Of a stretch of DNA of 64,000 nucleotides, positions 17,555 through 26,786 are shown piece by piece. The notes under the pieces are model-generated. The model ran no database searches. It was not told the DNA's origin and saw nothing but the letters and a program-made list of their open reading frames with translations. Position 1 is the first letter of the stretch; each line of letters begins with the position of its first letter. Made by a program: the position numbers and the translations under genes. The stretch is from Eubacteriales bacterium (lineage in GTDB: Bacteria; Bacillota; Clostridia; Oscillospirales; CAG-272), in NCBI GenBank assembly GCA_045544955.1, contig JAZPZY010000065.1, positions 67 to 64,066 on the forward strand, written 5' to 3'.

Positions 17555-18820
17555 TTACCGAATCTGCCCGTTACCGGTTACGAGATATTTTTCCGTAGTC
17601 AAAGCGTCCAGTCCCATGGGGCCCCGGGCATGGAGTTTCTGCGTAGAGATGCCCAGTTCCGCCCCGAAGCCGAACTCGCCGCCGTCCGTAAAGCGGGTGG
17701 AGGCGTTCACGTAAACCGCCGCCGCATCCACGGACGCCTGAAAATATTCCGCCGCAGAAAGATCGTTCGTCACGATGGACTCGCTGTGTCCGGTATTATA
17801 CCGATTGATGTGGGAAACGGCTTCCTCCAGTGAATCCACAATCTTCACCGCCAGGATCAGATCGTTGTACTCCGTCGCCCAGTCTTCCTCCGCTGCCGGT
17901 GTCACGTCGGGCAGGATCCCTCTCGTACGCTCGCATCCGCGGATCACACAGCCGTTTTCATCCATAGCCTTTTTCAGCATCGGCAGAAAATCGGATGCAA
18001 TGCCGGCATCCACCAGAACCGTCTCGCAGGCATTGCAGACGGACGGACGGGAAATTTTCGCATTCACCGCAATGGAAAGTGCCTTTGCAAGATCGGCGGC
18101 GGCGTGGACGTACAGGTGGCAGTTTCCCGCCCCGGTCTCGATCACCGGCACACGGGCGTTGTCCACCACGGCACGGATCAGTCCTTTTCCGCCCCGGGGC
18201 ACCAGCACGTCAATAAAGCCACGCATCTGCATCAGTGCCTCCGAGGAAGTACGGGTGGTATTTTCGATGAGGCAGACCGCATCCGCCATCCGGGAATCCA
18301 TACATTCGGTAAGTGCCTGCCGGGCAAGAGTCACCACGGCACGGTTGGATTCGATAGCCTCTTTTCCACCCCTAAGAACCACGGCGTTGCCGCTTTTGAT
18401 GCAAAGTGCGGCCACGTCGGCGGCCACGTTTGGTCTGGCTTCAAAAATTACGCCAACCACACCCATGGGCACGCGGACACGCCGGATCATAAGGCCGTTT
18501 GGACGGCTCCAGCAGTCGCCCTTTCCGATGGGATCGGTGAGTGCGGCAATGTCCTCTGCCCCTTTTGCCATGCCCTCGATCCGTTCTTTCGTCAGGCGGA
18601 GCCGGTCCAGCATGGTATCCTTCACACCGTTTTCCCGGGCACCCGCAAGATCCTTTTCATTGGCGGCGAGAATCACACCTGCATTCTCCCGGAGCAGACG
18701 GGCAAAGGTCACAAGCACCCGGTTTTTCATCTCCGTACGTGCTCCGGCAAGTGCCGGGGCACACGCTTTGGCACGGGCACACAGTGCCTGTACCTCCTCG
18801 TATACTGCGTTTTCCATCAT
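17555..18820 (-). CDS. proA: Glutamate-5-semialdehyde dehydrogenase
   Basis: 421 aa. Aldehyde dehydrogenase-type catalytic Cys region (ETGAGNCHLYV, NACETVLV). It overlaps proB by 4 nt. Confidence 0.95.
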   Translation of the reverse strand: MMENAVYEEVQALCARAKACAPALAGARTEMKNRVLVTFARLLRENAGVILAANEKDLAGARENGVKDTMLDRLRLTKERIEGMAKGAEDIAALTDPIGKGDCWSRPNGLMIRRVRVPMGVVGVIFEARPNVAADVAALCIKSGNAVVLRGGKEAIESNRAVVTLARQALTECMDSRMADAVCLIENTTRTSSEALMQMRGFIDVLVPRGGKGLIRAVVDNARVPVIETGAGNCHLYVHAAADLAKALSIAVNAKISRPSVCNACETVLVDAGIASDFLPMLKKAMDENGCVIRGCERTRGILPDVTPAAEEDWATEYNDLILAVKIVDSLEEAVSHINRYNTGHSESIVTNDLSAAEYFQASVDAAAVYVNASTRFTDGGEFGFGAELGISTQKLHARGPMGLDALTTEKYLVTGNGQIR

Positions 18821-19611
18821 GCGTCTCCCTTTACGGCAAAATAAGTACCGGCACGCTGACCGTCAAATATGTTATAGAGGATCCGGGGATCCCGGCCGTT
18901 CAGAATCATCATGGGGATCCCGGCGGTCGTTGCGATCTTGGCGGCCTTCAGTTTGGTAATCATACCACCCGTACCCCGGGTCGTGCCCACGCCGCCGGCG
19001 TAGCCCAGAATCTCGTCGCTGATCTCCGTCACCGTCTCAATCAGACGGGCGTTTTTGTTCTTTCTGGGATCACTGTCATACAGGCCGTCGATGTCGCTGA
19101 GGTTAATGAGCAGATCCGCATCGCAGATCATGGCAACGTAGGCAGACAGAGTATCGTTTCCGCCGAATTTGATTCCCTCGTAGGAAACGGAGTCGTTTTC
19201 GTTTACGATGGGAATACAGCCGAAACCGATCAGCGTAGCGAAGGTGGATTTGGCCAGCTGCAGACGTTTTTCGTCATCCACCACGTCTTTGGTAACGAGG
19301 ATCTGCCCCACCGTATGTCCGTAGGTAGCAAACAGCCGTTCGTACAGCCGCATGATCTCACACTGCCCAACGGCGGCCAGGGCCTGTTTTTCTTCCGTAG
19401 TACGGTCGGCAATTTCAAGTCCCAGACGGCTGGTGCCGGCAGAGACCGCACCGGATGAGACCAGCACTACCTCGCGCCCTGCATTGCGCATATCGGACAG
19501 AACGCGCACCAGGGTCTCGATGCGGCGGATATTCAGTTTTCCCGACGGATACGTCAAGGTAGAGGTGCCAATTTTTACCACCACGCGGTGAAACTTCTCA
19601 TTTTGTACCAT
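18817..19611 (-). CDS. proB: Glutamate 5-kinase (short form without PUA domain)
   Basis: 264 aa. Amino-acid kinase fold (VVKIGTSTLT, VLVSSGAV, GGNDTLSA, GTGGMITK). Confidence 0.95.
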   Translation of the reverse strand: MVQNEKFHRVVVKIGTSTLTYPSGKLNIRRIETLVRVLSDMRNAGREVVLVSSGAVSAGTSRLGLEIADRTTEEKQALAAVGQCEIMRLYERLFATYGHTVGQILVTKDVVDDEKRLQLAKSTFATLIGFGCIPIVNENDSVSYEGIKFGGNDTLSAYVAMICDADLLINLSDIDGLYDSDPRKNKNARLIETVTEISDEILGYAGGVGTTRGTGGMITKLKAAKIATTAGIPMMILNGRDPRILYNIFDGQRAGTYFAVKGDA

Positions 19612-19825
19612 AGCAGCCTGTTTTTTACTCCCGTTACATGAATTTTGACAAAAAATTTTCAGGATTTTTGCGAAATGTATTTCATTCCGGCGCAGAATAT
19701 ATTATAATAAGATGTATATCTGTGTGTGCACGGAAAAGTGTACCCTTATTATATCACACTCAACAAATAAATCAAGAGGAAACCGCCAATCGTACTGCGG
19801 AATTTCACGAAACGGAGAAAACATC

Positions 19826-20569
19826 ATGGAACAGAACAACCAGGCAAAACAAAAATACAATATTGAAATTGCGGATATTCAGCTGACCATTCTTTCGGAT
19901 GAAACGGAAGAGTTCGTAAACGATATCGTTTCCCGTCTGGATACGCAGATCCGGACGCTGACCGTACAAAACAAACGCTGTGCAAAAATCGATGCGGCCA
20001 TTCTCTGTGCGCTGGATTCCCTGGGCGAGAAAACGAAGTTGGAGAAAAAGATCAAGAATCTGGAAGCCCAGATCTCCCTGTACGAAGCCAATCTTCGCCG
20101 CGTGCGCACGGAAGCCCCCGCGACGGAAAAGAAAGCACCGGTAAAGAAGGCAGAGGAGACGGAGCCTGCACCTGCGGAAGAAAAAGCCGAAGCGGAGAAA
20201 GAGCCGCCCAAGCCGAAAAGACAAACCATCAAGCGGAAACTCCCCCAGCAGCTGGCTATGGAAGAGGCCGCAAAGGAAGAAGACGCCAAGGTAGACGTGA
20301 TCGCTTCCACGGAATCCGCTAAAGAATATACGAACGAGGTGGTGGCTGCCGGTGAAGCAAAGCCGGAAGAAGCCCCTTCCGTTCTGAAGAGTGAGAAACT
20401 GCAGGAGTTGGAGTCCTTCCTGAGACGCCGCAGCGAGTCAGGCGCCGCCGACGGTGACGGTGCTAAAGCCGGCGGAAACGATAAGATCCGCCAGATTGAA
20501 GAACTGCTCCGCGCAGGCGGCGGTTCCCGTTCCCTCAGCGATGCTCTGAAGGACGCAAAGAATGACTGA
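19826..20569 (+). CDS. zapA: ZapA-domain cell division protein with long low-complexity C-terminal tail
   Basis: The ATG at 19826 follows ggaga. The N-terminal ~100 aa (YNIEIADIQLTILSDETEEFV...AAILCALD...coiled coil) resemble ZapA. The remaining ~145 aa are rich in K/E/A/P. Confidence 0.75.
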   Translation: MEQNNQAKQKYNIEIADIQLTILSDETEEFVNDIVSRLDTQIRTLTVQNKRCAKIDAAILCALDSLGEKTKLEKKIKNLEAQISLYEANLRRVRTEAPATEKKAPVKKAEETEPAPAEEKAEAEKEPPKPKRQTIKRKLPQQLAMEEAAKEEDAKVDVIASTESAKEYTNEVVAAGEAKPEEAPSVLKSEKLQELESFLRRRSESGAADGDGAKAGGNDKIRQIEELLRAGGGSRSLSDALKDAKND

Positions 20570-22619
20570 TCTGCCCGAACTGCTCGCGCCTGCCGGATCG
20601 CCGGAAGCACTCCACGCCGCCATTGAGGGTGGTGCGGATGCGGTGTATTTCGGCTCCGTCCGATTCAGTGCCCGTATGCGTGCCCGGAATTTTGACGAAA
20701 GCGAGATCGCAGACGCCATTGCACTCTGCCGTGCCCACGGCGTGAGATCCTACATAACGGTAAATACCCGTCTCCGTGACGGGGAAATGGAGCCGCTTCT
20801 GGAAACGGTATCCGTGCTGAACGAAGCCGGCGCGGACGCTTTGATCATCGCTGATCTTGGAGCCGCCTCTCTGATCCGCCAGCGGTTTCCCGATCTGCCT
20901 CTGCACGCCAGCACCCAGCTCTCCGGCGTATCCGCCGCCGATGCGGCAGAGCTGTTCCGGCTGGGATTTTCACGCATGGTGTGCCCGCGGGAATTGTCCA
21001 TCGGACAGATTGCCGCGTTGTGCGGCAAATCTCCTCTGGAGATTGAAATGTTCATTCACGGTGCACACTGCGTGTCCTTTTCGGGGCAGTGCATGCTCAG
21101 TTACGCCATGGGCGGACGAAGCGGCAACCGGGGCGAATGTGCCCAGCCTTGCCGTCTGCCCTACATGATCGCCGGAAACACCGGCGTCTCAAAGTCCGAA
21201 TATCCGCTGAGCCTTAAGGATATGTGCCTGGCACAGCATATCCGGGAGATTCTTCTCTCCGGCGTCCGCTCGCTGAAGATAGAAGGACGGCAGAAATCCC
21301 CCGATTACGTATGGGGCGTGACGAAAACGTACCGCACCCTTCTGGACGAGAGGAGAGACGCCACAAAAGAAGAAATGCAGACACTGGCGTCCCTGTTCAG
21401 CCGGGACGGATTCTCCGACGGCTATCTGAAAACATCATACAAAGGTATGCTGGGCATCCGCCGGGAAGAGGATACGGAAAAGAGCAAAAATGCGGAAAGC
21501 TTCCCGGGCCTTACGAAACGCATACCGCTTGACGCCCATCTGGCGGTGCACGCCGGTGTACCTATCACGCTTTCCCTATCGGACGGATCCCGCACCGTTA
21601 CTGCGTCGGGAGTTATTCCGTGGGAAGCGCGCACCGTGCCGCTGACGGAAGAAACTGCACGGAAAAACATAGAAAAATGCGGCGGTACGCCGTTCGTCAT
21701 TACCTCCTTCACAGGTGAGATCGACGGCGGGCTGTTCTGCACGCCCGCCCAACTGAACACCCTTCGCCGGGACGCACTTTCCGCATGGAACGTCCCTCCC
21801 AGCCGCCGGGTGCTTTCCCCCGCCGCTGATACTGCGGAGCATACGCCTGCGGTTGCGGCTACGCCCCGTTATACGGCAGAATTTCTTTCGCCGGGACAGA
21901 TCCCGCCGGACGCGGAATCGTTTTTTGACGAAATATATCTGCCGCTGCACTGCCGTACAAAATCCTACGGCGTAGTGCTGCCGGAATACGCTCCCGACAA
22001 GCGGAGCGGACAGATCCGGGCGGCCCTTTCGCTTTCCGCCCCTGCCGCCGTCCTGGCACACAGTCCGGCACAGATCGCCCTTGCTAAAGAGATGGGCATT
22101 CCCGTCACCGCTTCGCTTCGGCTGAACGTATTCAACGAGCACTGCGCCCGGGAAATTCTCCGGATCGGTGCGGATACCGTTACCCTTTCCCCGGAGCTGC
22201 CTCTTGGGGCAATGCGGTCGATCCGTGCCCCAAAATCCGTGATCGTATACGGACGGCTGCCCCTTATGCTCACGCTCCGCTGTGCCATTTCCGACGGCGG
22301 TGCCATGTGCCGCATGCACGGCACGGGCGGCTTCACGGAGGCGGATACCGTATCCAAAAATCACCTATGCCTTGCCTCCCTCAAGGATCGCACCGGTGCT
22401 GCATTCCCCATCGTGGGCATGTACGACTGCACCAACGTCATTTACAACAGCGTCCCCATCTGGATGGCGGACAAAAAACAGACGCTTCTCTCTCTTGGGG
22501 CCTCCCGTCTCCATTTTCTGTTCACCACAGAATCGCAGAAAGAGGTTTCGGAAATCATCCGTGCCTACAAGGAGGGAGCCGCTCCCACGGATCCCACGGG
22601 GATCCGCCGGCTGAAATAA
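20562..22619 (+). CDS. Peptidase U32 family protein
   Basis: 685 aa. N-terminus ELLAPAGSPEALHAAIEGGADAVYFG and the conserved E-x-F-x-H-G-A...SGxC region (EMFIHGAHCVSFSGQC). It overlaps zapA by 8 nt. Confidence 0.9.
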   Translation: MTDLPELLAPAGSPEALHAAIEGGADAVYFGSVRFSARMRARNFDESEIADAIALCRAHGVRSYITVNTRLRDGEMEPLLETVSVLNEAGADALIIADLGAASLIRQRFPDLPLHASTQLSGVSAADAAELFRLGFSRMVCPRELSIGQIAALCGKSPLEIEMFIHGAHCVSFSGQCMLSYAMGGRSGNRGECAQPCRLPYMIAGNTGVSKSEYPLSLKDMCLAQHIREILLSGVRSLKIEGRQKSPDYVWGVTKTYRTLLDERRDATKEEMQTLASLFSRDGFSDGYLKTSYKGMLGIRREEDTEKSKNAESFPGLTKRIPLDAHLAVHAGVPITLSLSDGSRTVTASGVIPWEARTVPLTEETARKNIEKCGGTPFVITSFTGEIDGGLFCTPAQLNTLRRDALSAWNVPPSRRVLSPAADTAEHTPAVAATPRYTAEFLSPGQIPPDAESFFDEIYLPLHCRTKSYGVVLPEYAPDKRSGQIRAALSLSAPAAVLAHSPAQIALAKEMGIPVTASLRLNVFNEHCAREILRIGADTVTLSPELPLGAMRSIRAPKSVIVYGRLPLMLTLRCAISDGGAMCRMHGTGGFTEADTVSKNHLCLASLKDRTGAAFPIVGMYDCTNVIYNSVPIWMADKKQTLLSLGASRLHFLFTTESQKEVSEIIRAYKEGAAPTDPTGIRRLK

Positions 22620-22652
22620 CCGGATCACACAAAAACGAAAGGAGTTTTCCGT

Positions 22653-23105
22653 ATGGCTGAACCGCTGAACGTTCGTATTCTGCTTTTGAAAGAGGGTGCC
22701 TCCGTGCCGCACTATGCCACGGAAGGGGCGGCCGCCTGCGATCTGACGGCGGCTATTGATTCGCCCCTCACCATACCGAAGGGCGAATCCCGTTCCGTCC
22801 CCACCGGTATTGCCATTTCCATGGAGGAGGACGGCATCGTGGCCATCGTCTGTGCCAGATCCGGTCTTGCCTTCAAGCACGGACTGTCGTTGGTAAACGG
22901 CATCGGCGTGATCGACCGGGATTACCGGGGCGAGATCGCCGTGGGTATCCGCAACGACGGGGCATCCGACTACACCGTCACCCCCGGCGAACGGATCGCA
23001 CAGCTGATGTTTCTGCCTTACCGCACCGCACGCTTTACAACCGTCACCGAACTGGACGACACGGTGCGGGGCACGGGCGGATTCGGCTCTACGGGAAAGA
23101 TATAA
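22653..23105 (+). CDS. dut: dUTP diphosphatase
   Basis: 150 aa. Trimeric dUTPase motifs AAACDL, ARSGLA, GVIDRDYRGE, RGTGGFGSTG. Confidence 0.95.
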   Translation: MAEPLNVRILLLKEGASVPHYATEGAAACDLTAAIDSPLTIPKGESRSVPTGIAISMEEDGIVAIVCARSGLAFKHGLSLVNGIGVIDRDYRGEIAVGIRNDGASDYTVTPGERIAQLMFLPYRTARFTTVTELDDTVRGTGGFGSTGKI

Positions 23106-23120
23106 ACAGGTAACGGTACG

Positions 23121-23378
23121 ATGAAAAAAGGTTTTTGGTTCAATTTGTTTTTAGTATGCACCGGCGTGGTGGTCGGCACGCTTCTCTCCAAATTCTGTGC
23201 CGGCAATCCCTCCCTTGCCTTTCTGTCCCACGGGCTGGATTTCGGTATGAAAAACCCGGCCACCTTTGATCTGCACGTGCTGACGGTCACCTTCGGCATC
23301 TCGCTGAATCTGAATATCTCCGTCATCCTCTGTATCGTGCTTGCCGTATTTCTGGGTAATCTGATTGCGAAAAGATAA
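23121..23378 (+). CDS. DUF4321-like small membrane protein
   Basis: 85 aa with two hydrophobic segments. It occupies the position immediately upstream of maf that is usual for this family (family name from memory). Confidence 0.65.
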   Translation: MKKGFWFNLFLVCTGVVVGTLLSKFCAGNPSLAFLSHGLDFGMKNPATFDLHVLTVTFGISLNLNISVILCIVLAVFLGNLIAKR

Positions 23379-23382
23379 TACG

Positions 23383-23961
23383 ATGATGAAACGACTGATT
23401 CTCGCCTCCGCTTCCCCGCGGCGGCACGAACTGCTGACGGCGGCGGGGATTCCCCACACCGTCCTTACCGCCGACACGGACGAATCCCTGCCGGACGGAA
23501 TCTTACCGCAGGATGCGGTCCAGATGCTTTCCGCCCGCAAAGCGGCCGCAGTGCTTCCCCTCGCACCGGCCGGCTCAGTGATTCTGGCCGCCGATACGGT
23601 AGTAGCACTGGACGGAAAGATCCTGGGCAAGCCCCGGGATGCGGAGAATGCCCGGCAGATGCTTTCTGCCCTTTCCGGCAGATCCCATCACGTATACACT
23701 GGCGTGACGTTGACCGACGGTAAAAAAACCGTCACCGCCTTTGGGGAGACTGCTGTAAAAATGCGGAAGATCTCCCCCGAAGAGATGGATGCGTATATAG
23801 CTACCGGCGAGCCCATGGACAAAGCCGGTGCCTACGGCATCCAGGGGCGTGCCGCCCTGTTTGCCATGGGGATTGACGGCGACTATGCAAACGTAGTAGG
23901 TCTGCCCGTCTCCCTGGTAGGCGAGATCCTCCGGAAGGATTTTCACTTCCCTCTGTTCTGA
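23383..23961 (+). CDS. maf: Maf-like nucleoside triphosphate pyrophosphatase
   Basis: MMKRLILASASPRR...AADTVV...GKP...AGAYGIQG. The start ATG at 23383 lies 4 nt after the upstream stop. Confidence 0.9.
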   Translation: MMKRLILASASPRRHELLTAAGIPHTVLTADTDESLPDGILPQDAVQMLSARKAAAVLPLAPAGSVILAADTVVALDGKILGKPRDAENARQMLSALSGRSHHVYTGVTLTDGKKTVTAFGETAVKMRKISPEEMDAYIATGEPMDKAGAYGIQGRAALFAMGIDGDYANVVGLPVSLVGEILRKDFHFPLF

Positions 23962-24056
23962 ATCCGCACTGAATAAGAAAACACATTTTCCGAAAGGGAA
24001 ATTTGACATAACGATAATCGAAAGGAACTCCGCCCCGGCGGAGTGGGAATCACAAA

Positions 24057-25064
24057 ATGGGAAAGAGTATCGGCATTGACCTCGGTACTGCCAACACGAT
24101 CGTATACGTAAAAGGAAAAGGGATCGTTCTCAGAGAGCCTTCCGTCGTTGCCGTGGAAGCACGGACACGCCGCGTGATGGCTGTGGGCAATGAAGCAAAG
24201 CTCATGTTGGGAAAGACTCCCGGCTCCATTACCGCTATGCGTCCGTTGAAAGACGGCGTTATTGCCGAGTTTGACGTTACGGCCGCCATGCTTCATCACT
24301 TTTTCAACCGGGCCGCAGGCAATTCGCTGTTCAGCCGTCCAAGGGTGATCATCTGTATTCCCTACGGCGTCACGGAAGTGGAAAAACGTGCCGTGCAGGA
24401 CGTTACGCTGGAGGCAGGCGCCCAGTCCGTAGCACTGATCGAGGAGCCCATTGCGGCGGCAATCGGTGCGGGTCTGAAGGTGGAAAACGCCCAGGGCAGC
24501 ATGATCGTTGATATTGGCGGCGGTACCACCGAGGTAGCCGTTATGAGCCTTGGCGGCATCGTTCTCTCCACCTCTCTCCGCTCTGCCGGAGACGAGCTGG
24601 ACGAGGCCATCATCGCCTATATGAAGCGTGAGCACAACATTCTCATCGGCGAGATGACAGCCGAAATGCTGAAGAAGAACATCGGCAGCGTCCATCCTCA
24701 GACGGACCGGGGCAACATGGTGATCCGGGGACGGAATCTTCTAAACGGACTGCCGGCCACCATCGCCGTTTCCTCGGCGGAGATCCGCAAGGCAATGTCC
24801 GAGGAGATCGCCCACATCATCGACTGCATCCGCACCACGCTGGAAAATACGCCGCCGGAATTGGCGTCCGATATTTACGACAACGGCATTATGCTGGCAG
24901 GCGGCGGTGCCCTTCTGGGCGGTCTGGATCTGCTTATCAGCCAGGTGACCGGTATCCGCACCACCATTGCCAAATCGCCTCTGGACTGCGTCGCCATCGG
25001 CATCGGCCACGTAATCGAAAGTATGGGCGAGCTTTCCGGCATCGTTACATTCCGCAGCCGGTAA
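24057..25064 (+). CDS. mreB: Rod shape-determining protein MreB
   Basis: 335 aa. Actin-fold motifs IGIDLGTANT, DIGGGTTEVAV, LAGGGALL. Confidence 0.95.
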   Translation: MGKSIGIDLGTANTIVYVKGKGIVLREPSVVAVEARTRRVMAVGNEAKLMLGKTPGSITAMRPLKDGVIAEFDVTAAMLHHFFNRAAGNSLFSRPRVIICIPYGVTEVEKRAVQDVTLEAGAQSVALIEEPIAAAIGAGLKVENAQGSMIVDIGGGTTEVAVMSLGGIVLSTSLRSAGDELDEAIIAYMKREHNILIGEMTAEMLKKNIGSVHPQTDRGNMVIRGRNLLNGLPATIAVSSAEIRKAMSEEIAHIIDCIRTTLENTPPELASDIYDNGIMLAGGGALLGGLDLLISQVTGIRTTIAKSPLDCVAIGIGHVIESMGELSGIVTFRSR

Positions 25065-25106
25065 CCCCCGGTGCAAATCAAAATAAATTACTGAAAGGAG
25101 TCCCCT

Positions 25107-25946
25107 ATGCGGCCATTTCTGAAGAATAAATTTTTCATAGGTATCGTAATCGCCGCCGTTCTTTTTGCGGCAGTTCCCACCGCGCTGTCCGCCATGGGGG
25201 TCCAGAATCCCCTGCGGAATTTTGTCAATATTCTGACGACGCCCTTGCAAAAGGGATTCAACTATGTCACCGACGCTTTGGACGGATTCTCCTCCTATTT
25301 CACGGAATTTGACGATCTGGTGGCTGAAAACGCCGCCTTGAAGCAGGAAAACGCCGCTTTGCGGGATCGGCTGTATAATGCGGAAGAAATCGAAAATCTC
25401 AACGCATGGCTGGACGATTTTCTGGAGTTGAAAAGAGCACACACCGATTTCCATTTTGCCGCCGCCAACGTTACCGGTCGGGAAAGCGGCAATTACATGA
25501 CCGTATTTACCGTTGACCGCGGCTCCGCCCACGGCATCGAAAAAGGCATGCCGGTGGTTTCGGCGGACGGCGTCATCGGCTACGTAGATGAAATCGGCGT
25601 AACCTGGGCAAAGGTACGGACGCTGATCGAATCTGCCGCTTCCATCGGCGCATACGTGGAACGGACCGGAGAATTGGGTCTTGTGGAAGGAAACTTTGCA
25701 CTGGCATCCGACGGCGTATGCGAGATCACCTATCTTGCCGCCGATTCCGAAGTACAGGTGGGGGACCGCATCCTCACCACCGGTTACGGCAGTATCTATC
25801 CCCGGGATCTGGTGATCGGCTGCGTTACGGAAATCATCCCCGATGAATTCAGCCGCACGCTGACTGCCCGGATCACGCCGGCCGCCGACCTCACCGATCT
25901 CGATAAAGTAATGATAATTACCGAATATGACACCGTTACAGAATAA
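25107..25946 (+). CDS. mreC: Rod shape-determining protein MreC
   Basis: 279 aa. N-terminal TM helix, coiled coil (ENAALKQENAALRDRL) and C-terminal beta-barrel region, in the position after mreB. Confidence 0.9.
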   Translation: MRPFLKNKFFIGIVIAAVLFAAVPTALSAMGVQNPLRNFVNILTTPLQKGFNYVTDALDGFSSYFTEFDDLVAENAALKQENAALRDRLYNAEEIENLNAWLDDFLELKRAHTDFHFAAANVTGRESGNYMTVFTVDRGSAHGIEKGMPVVSADGVIGYVDEIGVTWAKVRTLIESAASIGAYVERTGELGLVEGNFALASDGVCEITYLAADSEVQVGDRILTTGYGSIYPRDLVIGCVTEIIPDEFSRTLTARITPAADLTDLDKVMIITEYDTVTE

Positions 25947-26754
25947 ACCGAAAAAGCCGGCATCCGCCTCCAAAAAGCCGCTGCCGGCCGCCCATCGGGC
26001 CGCCCGGGAACTGGAGAGCCGGACGGGAGCAAAAAAACAGCCGATTCAAAAACCTCTCCAGCCCAAAGCACCGTCGCAAAATACAGTTCCGCCAAAGCCG
26101 CTGTCACCTCAAACAAAGCGCAGGATCTCCCCTGCCGATCACCAGGCGGAAATGCCTCTCACGGTTTCCCAGCGCCTGCTTTACTATGTGAAAGGAAAAA
26201 TATCCTCGCTTCCCTATCTCCTGCCGGAAGGAGATTTCGTAGCGAGACTGCTGATCTGCATCGGACTGATTCTGTTTTTTGCCCTTCTGCAGACCACTGT
26301 ATTTGCCCGATTCCGCCCCTTTGGCGTGATACCGGATCTGATGCTGCCGTTGGTTATCGCCATTTCTATGACGGAAGGCGAAAAGTGGGGGGCTTCACTG
26401 GGCCTGGCCGCCGCCTTCGTCATTGAATCCCTCGGCTCCACAGGCGTGACCCTTCTGCCTCTTTTATACGCGGCAGCCGGCTATTTCGCCCCTATCGTTA
26501 CTACGCTGTATTTCACGGACTCCCTGCCCGTACGCGCCATGTATACCGCCGTATCCGGCGTAGGGCGTGCCGTTATTACCCTTTTGTATCTCTCCCTCAC
26601 CGTCACGGATTTCCATCTGATCCGTCTGTGCGGTGATATCGTCCTGCCGGAGTATGCGGCAACGTGCCTGACGGCGGTACTTCCCCATCTGGCTGTACGC
26701 CTGTGTCTGCGTCCGTTCCACAAATCCCGTGCAGAACGGATGGAGACTTTGTAA
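25927..26754 (+). CDS. mreD: Rod shape-determining protein MreD (start uncertain)
   Basis: The C-terminal ~190 aa are polytopic and MreD-like (LLQTTVFARFRPFGVIPDLMLPLVIAIS). The track ORF adds a 75-aa basic Pro/Lys-rich N-terminus that begins inside mreC without an SD. An alternative ATG lies at 26152. Confidence 0.75.
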   Translation: MTPLQNKPKKPASASKKPLPAAHRAARELESRTGAKKQPIQKPLQPKAPSQNTVPPKPLSPQTKRRISPADHQAEMPLTVSQRLLYYVKGKISSLPYLLPEGDFVARLLICIGLILFFALLQTTVFARFRPFGVIPDLMLPLVIAISMTEGEKWGASLGLAAAFVIESLGSTGVTLLPLLYAAAGYFAPIVTTLYFTDSLPVRAMYTAVSGVGRAVITLLYLSLTVTDFHLIRLCGDIVLPEYAATCLTAVLPHLAVRLCLRPFHKSRAERMETL

Positions 26755-26786
26755 AAGCGAAAAATCCACGAAGGAAAGAATGCACC

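Noticed and set aside
18817-19611. Short proB (no PUA domain) as a truncated pseudogene
   Set aside because: The ORF is intact and overlaps proA by 4 nt in the normal coupled arrangement. PUA-less glutamate 5-kinases are a known natural form.
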